Assembly: GCA_963762255.1 (NCBI GenBank)
Contig: CAVXKA010000001.1
Span: 128,001-192,000, forward strand
DNA length: 64,000 bases
Direction of reading: 5' to 3'
Source of the DNA: Candidatus Eiseniibacteriota bacterium
GTDB taxonomy: Bacteria; Eisenbacteria; RBG-16-71-46; JABDJR01
The first letter of the stretch is position 1, and every line of letters starts with the position of its first letter. The position numbers and the translations under genes were made by a program. This document shows positions 58,480 through 64,000 of this stretch, one piece after another. The notes below the pieces were generated by a model. That model had not been told where the DNA came from. It did no database searches and was given only the letters and a program-made list of their open reading frames with translations.

Positions 58480-60999
58480 ATGATCGATCGCCTGGAAATC
58501 CTGATCAGCCGCCTGCGGCGCCTCGTGAGCCGGACTCGGTGGAGTTCGCGGCTCCTCGGCCATCCCGCACCCCCCGCGCACACCGACGCGCCCGGCCTCG
58601 TGCTCATTCAAGTCGACGGCCTCGGCGAGAAGATCCTCAAACAGGCGCTCCAGGACGGCGACATGCCGTTCCTCAAAAGGCTGGTCGAACAGGAGCGGCA
58701 CGAGATCCGGTCGGTCTACACCGGGCTTCCCAGCAACACCCCCGGTTTCCACGCCGAGCTCTTCTACGGCGTGCCGTCCGCGGTCCCCTCGTTCCGCTAC
58801 CGCGACCCCGAGACCGGGCAGGTGGTGCTTCTCAACGACAGGGAGACCGTGGTTGCGCTCGAGTCCCGTCTCGCCGAGCAGGGACCGGGGTTGTTGGAGG
58901 GCGGTTCGGCGTGGGCCGGCATCTATAGCGGCGGCGCCACCGAGTCGCACCTCTGCGTGGCCACGCCGGGGCTGCGCCGGGTTCCGCGTCTGTTGCGCCG
59001 GCTCCGACTGGCCGGAGTTCTCGCCGCGCACACGTGGAACATGCTGCGAGTGATCGGCGCGCTCTTCCTCCTGACCGGCGCCGCGCTGCGCAACTGGACG
59101 CGCGGGCGGATCGATCGGCACGATCTGGTCGAGGAGATTCGCGTCATCCCCTTCCGCGTGCTGGTGAGCGCGGCGCTGCGGGAAATCGTGGCCGCAGGCG
59201 CTTCCATCGACACCGAACGCGGACTGCCGATCATCCATCTCAACTTCCCGGGCTATGACGACAACGCGCACCGTCGAGGGCCCGACTCGCGGGTGGCGCG
59301 ATGGTCGCTGCGCGGGATCGATCGATCGATCCAGCGCGTGTGGCTCGCCGCGCACCGCGCCACGGCGCGCGACTATCAGGTCTGGATCTACTCGGACCAC
59401 GGCCAGGAGTCCGTGGTCTCGTTCGAACGACGCACGGGCGAGGCGCTTCCCCAGGCCGTCGATCGCGTCTACGCGTGGGTGCGCGACATCGTCGGGAAGG
59501 AGGGCACGCCGCCTCCCGCCTTCGCCTTCCTGCCGGCGCGCGGAGAGACGCGCGCGCGGACCCTGGCCGCGGGCCTTCCCGATTGGATGGCGGGAGGAGA
59601 GGCGCGGCGCGGCTCTGCGGGCGACGTGCGGGCGAACGAGCGGCGGAGCACGCCTGCGGAGAGCGATGCCGATGAAGGAGCCCTGGAGGTGGTCTATCAG
59701 GGACCGCTGGCATCGGTGCACCTGCCCGCACGGCATGATCGCGCGTTTCTGGCGTGGTTCGCCGAGGTGCTGGCGGCCGAGGGGAGCGTGCCCTGGGTGC
59801 TCGTGCGCGAGAGCGAGACCTCGGCGCTCGCCTTCCACACGGACGGGCGATTCCATCGGCTGCCCGAGGATGCCGCGGTCCTCCTGGGCGACGATCATCC
59901 CTTCCGCGATCTCGCCGCACGAGACCTGGTGCGGCTGGTGAACCATCCGAGCGGAGGCGATCTGCTCCTGCTCGGATGGGATTCGCGCGGTCCCCTATCG
60001 TTCGAGGAAGAACGCGGAAGTCACGGCGGGCCGGGCCCCGCCGAGACCTCCGCGTTCGTGGTGCTCCCCCCCGAGTCCGCGCTGGCTTGCCGCAAGGTGA
60101 CCGGCGTGCGGCCGCTCGATCTGCGCAGTCTGGCCTTCGCCATGCTCGATCGCGCCCTGGAGACGGGTCCCGAGCGAGGCCCCCGGATGGAGGTGCTGGG
60201 CACGCGCGAGCACGTTCTCGCGGAGGATGCAGCCGAGGTCCACCTGCGCCTCATGACCTACAACGTGCACGGATGCCGCGGCATGGACGGCAAGTACGCG
60301 CCGCACCGCATCGCGCGCGTGATCGCACGCGAACGCCCCGACGTGGTCTGTCTCCAGGAATTGGATCAGGAGCGCACGCGATCGGGCGGGATCGACCAGG
60401 TGGCGGTGATCGCGCGGCAACTGCGCGCCGACTATCGATTCCACGCAGCGGCGGAGGTGGACGACGGGCGATTCGGCAACGCGGTGCTCTCGGCGTTTCC
60501 GATCCGCTTCGTGGCGGCCGGCCCGCTTCCCTCCGCCGAACGGGCGAAGGACATGTTCAATCTCGAAGACCGCGGCACTTTGTGGGTGGAACTGGCGCTG
60601 AACGGCGCGTCGATCCAGATTCTCAACACCCACCTGAGCATTCTCCAGCACGAGCGGCGCCTTCAGGTGGAGGCGCTCCTGGGAGCCCAGTGGCTCGGTC
60701 ACCCGGACTGTCGTGAACCGGTCATCCTGGCCGGCGACTTCAACGCCTCGCCCGATTCGTGGTCGGTGCGTCGGGTGGAGAGCCGGCTTCGTAACGTCGT
60801 GCCACCCGACCGCGACGATCGCGACCTGCGCACGTGGAGCGGACGCATGCCGCTGCGGCGGATCGACCACATCTTCGTCGGCGAGGGCGTGCGGGTGGAG
60901 GGCGTGCACGTGCCCCGCAACCGGCTATCCCGCGTGGCATCGGATCACCTACCGATGGTGGTGGACCTGATCTGTCGCGTTCCGGTGAGGATCGAGTAG
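58480..60999 (+). CDS. Fusion of an alkaline-phosphatase/NPP-like domain and an endonuclease/exonuclease/phosphatase domain
   Basis: N-terminal 'IQVDGL', 'YSDHGQ', 'SHGG'; C-terminal 'TYNVH', 'LQE', 'GDFN', 'IDH', 'SDHLP'. Confidence 0.85.
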   Translation: MIDRLEILISRLRRLVSRTRWSSRLLGHPAPPAHTDAPGLVLIQVDGLGEKILKQALQDGDMPFLKRLVEQERHEIRSVYTGLPSNTPGFHAELFYGVPSAVPSFRYRDPETGQVVLLNDRETVVALESRLAEQGPGLLEGGSAWAGIYSGGATESHLCVATPGLRRVPRLLRRLRLAGVLAAHTWNMLRVIGALFLLTGAALRNWTRGRIDRHDLVEEIRVIPFRVLVSAALREIVAAGASIDTERGLPIIHLNFPGYDDNAHRRGPDSRVARWSLRGIDRSIQRVWLAAHRATARDYQVWIYSDHGQESVVSFERRTGEALPQAVDRVYAWVRDIVGKEGTPPPAFAFLPARGETRARTLAAGLPDWMAGGEARRGSAGDVRANERRSTPAESDADEGALEVVYQGPLASVHLPARHDRAFLAWFAEVLAAEGSVPWVLVRESETSALAFHTDGRFHRLPEDAAVLLGDDHPFRDLAARDLVRLVNHPSGGDLLLLGWDSRGPLSFEEERGSHGGPGPAETSAFVVLPPESALACRKVTGVRPLDLRSLAFAMLDRALETGPERGPRMEVLGTREHVLAEDAAEVHLRLMTYNVHGCRGMDGKYAPHRIARVIARERPDVVCLQELDQERTRSGGIDQVAVIARQLRADYRFHAAAEVDDGRFGNAVLSAFPIRFVAAGPLPSAERAKDMFNLEDRGTLWVELALNGASIQILNTHLSILQHERRLQVEALLGAQWLGHPDCREPVILAGDFNASPDSWSVRRVESRLRNVVPPDRDDRDLRTWSGRMPLRRIDHIFVGEGVRVEGVHVPRNRLSRVASDHLPMVVDLICRVPVRIE

Positions 61000-61032
61000 A
61001 CTACCGCCGTCCCCGGACCCAAGGAGGAACGT

Positions 61033-61479
61033 ATGTTCAAGGAGTTCAAGGAATTCGCCATGCGCGGCAATGTCGTGGACATGGCGGTCGGTATCATCAT
61101 CGGCGTCGCGTTCGGAGGGATCATCAGCTCCCTGGTGAACGACATCATCATGCCGCCAATCGGGCTCGCCCTCGGGCGTGTGGACTTCGGCAACCTGTTC
61201 CTCGTCATGAAGGAAGGCGCGACAGCGGGTCCCTACGCGAGCGTGGCCGCGGCCAAGGCGGCGGGAGCGACGACCCTCAACTACGGCATGTTCATCAACA
61301 CGATCATCAACTTCCTGATCGTGGCGTTCGCGGTGTTCATTCTCGTGAAGCAGATGAACCGGCTGAAGAAGGACGCGCCGGCGCCAGCGCCCACTACGAA
61401 GGCGTGCCCCTTCTGCGCCACCGACATCCCGATCCCGGCCAAGCGCTGCCCGCACTGCACGTCGGAGATCAAGGCGTAG
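61033..61479 (+). CDS. mscL: Large-conductance mechanosensitive channel
   Basis: '[20 protein letters not shown]'; C-terminal CPFC/CPHC. Confidence 0.95.
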   Translation: MFKEFKEFAMRGNVVDMAVGIIIGVAFGGIISSLVNDIIMPPIGLALGRVDFGNLFLVMKEGATAGPYASVAAAKAAGATTLNYGMFINTIINFLIVAFAVFILVKQMNRLKKDAPAPAPTTKACPFCATDIPIPAKRCPHCTSEIKA

Positions 61480-61487
61480 CCGGACGA

Positions 61488-64000
61488 TCAGCGTAAGTAC
61501 ACTAGTCGCTCGGTCCGCGTCTCCCCGCCGGAACGCAGGCGAAGGGTGTAGACGCCGTTGCCCGCATGTACGCCGCGATCGTCGCGGCCGTCCCAGAAGA
61601 GCTGGTACGGTCCCCGCGAGAGCGTCGCTCCGTCGTGGAAGGTGCGGATGCAGCGGCCGGTCACGTCGAAGATCGCGAGGTCTGCGGGGCCGTCCTGCGG
61701 CACCGCGAAGAGGATCTCGGTCCCGGAGCGGAAGGGGTTGGGACGCACCGGCAGCAGCAGCATCGTGGGAGGGTGAAGCGGGAGCCCGCCGACGCCGGTG
61801 ACCTCGAGCACGACGATGCACACCGTGTCGGCGCCGGCGTCGGTGACGATGAGCACTTCGCAGGTGTCCGGCCCCACGTCGCTCTCGGTGACACACGCCG
61901 AGAAACTCGTGCTGTCGCCGGGAAAGAGTTCGGCGGCAAGCCCCGCCAGGTCGAGCCGGCAGGCGGGGTCCGCGCCGGTGATCGACTGGATGTGCAGGAA
62001 CCCATCTCCCGTGTTCTTCACCGAGATCGTCGTGCAGGCCTCCACACCTACCCGCAGCTCGGGAAACACAATGCCGGTGGGCGAAACCGCGAGTATCGGC
62101 TGTGCGGTGCACGCGCCGCATCCAAGCGTGAGCGCACGCACCCGCACGTCGTCGACGTAGATCCCGGTGCCGCCCACGCTGGCGTCGGCGCCCGCCTCGT
62201 AGACCAACCGCACGGAACGCCCGGCAAGGCCCGGATATTGGATGCGAATCGGCTCGAAATCGGGAAGCGTGCTACCGCACCATGCCGCAAGATCCTGCAG
62301 AGGGTTGGCGGAATCGCCGCTCGATCGCACGATCTGTGTGCGGTACTGCCCTTCGAAGAGCGTAGAGAACGCGCCGGCAAGCACGTCGGCGCCATCCACC
62401 TGAATCTTGAGCAGCGCGCCGTCGTACCCCTGGCGTCCGTCCCCCACCGCTTCCATGTCGTAGGTCACCGCGAACGAGACCTCGAGGAGATCCGCGTCCG
62501 GCGGCACCGCGAACGACGGTGAATCGAGACGGCTCCAGTTGGTGTCGGCGTAGTCGGCGCAGTACACGGAACGAGTGCCGGCGGAAGCGAGGTCGGCGGA
62601 GACTTCCCATGGATTGGCGACGCCCTTGCGCTGAAGATGGGACCACCCGGCGGGGAGCCCGGTGGCGACCGACTCGAATCCCTCGGCCAGGAGCAGCGTG
62701 TCCTTCACCACCATGCCCGTCGGCACGGTGAAGGTGAAGCCGAACACGCCGGAGTTCGACGTGCCTTCCAGCCGCAACCGGATCGGATCGCCGCAGGGGT
62801 AAGCGTCATCGAGGCGAATGCGGAACGGCGTCGCGCTTGCGCCGCTTGTGCCGGGTGCGAGATCCGGGAAGGCGGCGTCGGCCTGCAAGACGGAGACCTC
62901 CGCACTGAGGGCCGCGAGCGTGCCGCTGATGCCGCTCACCGTGCCGGTGCATGCGTTGCGCAGGGTGACGGTGAGATCGCCGATCTCCCCGGCCACGAGC
63001 GTCTCATCCGCGGTGCAGCCGATATCGGCCATGGTCACTCCGTCCGGAGTCAGCGAAACCGCCGCCGTGGCCGGGTCCAGCATACCCACATAGGTGTCGG
63101 GCGCAGTGGTGAGATAGTCGGCGGCATCGGTGCGCGCATACGATGCGAACATTCGCCGCACGCCCGCCCTCACCCGCGACGCGCACTGGTTGTAGTCGCC
63201 GATGTTGGGCTGGCCGGTGTCCTGCCCGTACTCGGCATGGAACGGCTCCGTCAGGAGCGAGATCGGGCAGCTCCAGGTGAGCCCGCCGTCCTCGCTATGG
63301 GTGGCGAGAACATCGGTGAGGTCGCTCCCGTCGATACCGGCGCGCTGGTCGTACCAGATCGCGTCGAGGCCGCCGTCGGCGCCCGCGCTGATCCATGGAA
63401 AGAACTGAGCGCGGTCGAGGCCAGGCGCGCTGTTGAGCGTGACCGGCACGCTCCAGTTCAGGCCCCGGTCGGTGGAGCGCGCGTAGTAGACATCGCTGAA
63501 GTCGGCGGTCTGAAGGTTGGCGTAGACGATGTGCAGGCTGCCGTCGGCGGGGCTCACCGCCAGCGCGGGAAAGTCGTTGATGCGATCGCTGCCATAGGGA
63601 GGCAACGGCTCCGAGCCGCCGAGCGCAATGTCCTGCGGCGCCGACCACGTCACACCGTTGTCGAGCGAGCGCACCAGCGACACCGTGCTTACCGCGCCGT
63701 AGGCTCGCCAGACGATGTACGCCCGATTGCCCGAGGGATCGAAGCGCGGGCAGCTCCCTTGCCCGTCTTCGTCGCGTGCGGAGAAGACCGTGACCGGGGA
63801 CCAGGTGAGCCCGAAGTTGTCGCTGCGGATGCAGCTCATCTCCAGCGCGGCGCCGAAGCTCGTCCAGCTCAGGAGAACGCGCCCCGTCTCGGGGTCGACG
63901 TCGTTGAAGACCTTGTCGGCGAAGGCCGAGGCGCTTGTGATCGGTGTCGTCACGCGCGGCGCGCTCCATGTCACGCCGCCGTTGGTGGAGACGTGAATGC
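61488..64000 (-). CDS. Large secreted protein with BNR/Asp-box repeats, Ig-like domains and C-terminal FlgD-type domain; N-terminus outside window
   Basis: 'SxDxGxTWS' repeats and C-terminal 'PNPFR...IFDVTGR...WDGRDDRG...GVY'. Confidence 0.85.
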   Translation of the reverse strand, partial: IHVSTNGGVTWSAPRVTTPITSASAFADKVFNDVDPETGRVLLSWTSFGAALEMSCIRSDNFGLTWSPVTVFSARDEDGQGSCPRFDPSGNRAYIVWRAYGAVSTVSLVRSLDNGVTWSAPQDIALGGSEPLPPYGSDRINDFPALAVSPADGSLHIVYANLQTADFSDVYYARSTDRGLNWSVPVTLNSAPGLDRAQFFPWISAGADGGLDAIWYDQRAGIDGSDLTDVLATHSEDGGLTWSCPISLLTEPFHAEYGQDTGQPNIGDYNQCASRVRAGVRRMFASYARTDAADYLTTAPDTYVGMLDPATAAVSLTPDGVTMADIGCTADETLVAGEIGDLTVTLRNACTGTVSGISGTLAALSAEVSVLQADAAFPDLAPGTSGASATPFRIRLDDAYPCGDPIRLRLEGTSNSGVFGFTFTVPTGMVVKDTLLLAEGFESVATGLPAGWSHLQRKGVANPWEVSADLASAGTRSVYCADYADTNWSRLDSPSFAVPPDADLLEVSFAVTYDMEAVGDGRQGYDGALLKIQVDGADVLAGAFSTLFEGQYRTQIVRSSGDSANPLQDLAAWCGSTLPDFEPIRIQYPGLAGRSVRLVYEAGADASVGGTGIYVDDVRVRALTLGCGACTAQPILAVSPTGIVFPELRVGVEACTTISVKNTGDGFLHIQSITGADPACRLDLAGLAAELFPGDSTSFSACVTESDVGPDTCEVLIVTDAGADTVCIVVLEVTGVGGLPLHPPTMLLLPVRPNPFRSGTEILFAVPQDGPADLAIFDVTGRCIRTFHDGATLSRGPYQLFWDGRDDRGVHAGNGVYTLRLRSGGETRTERLVYLR

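Overview
This is a GC-rich bacterial genomic window; the FlgD-type C-terminal domain at the right end is typical of Eisenbacteria/Krumholzibacteria-like lineages, but that assignment is inference only. Positions 1-4356 are the 3' end of a + strand cluster: a probable tubulin-like/helical protein cut by the window edge, a related 2-TM protein, and a membrane-anchored transglutaminase-like protein. Positions 4390-~24000 are a type III-D-like CRISPR-Cas island. It has a - strand effector operon (HD-less Cas10 with intact GGDD, Cas7, Cas5 with a probable Cas11 fusion, Cas7-Cas7, Csx19, Cas7-insertion, Cam1-like 2TM-CARF), an array of about 47 repeats, a + strand module (RT-Cas1, cas2, frameshifted second cas2, cas6, CARF-HEPN) and a second array of about 14 variant repeats containing one 119-bp spacer. 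Positions 25090-34673 are an arginine operon (argR-argG-orf-argC-argD-argF'-argB-argE-argH) with no argA/argJ but with a DUF1611/DgcN-like gene that may be an alternative N-acetylglutamate synthase. The rest is mostly ordinary: rhomboid, AI-2E transporter, a sigma-54 two-component cluster, aqpZ, GntR-ABC operon, MATE, PAS hybrid kinase, RluA, DEAD-box helicase, beta-propeller lipoprotein, glycerate kinase/dehydrogenase, phosphodiesterase-EEP fusion, mscL and a truncated secreted BNR-repeat protein. All calls come from motif recognition by eye; no database searches were run.
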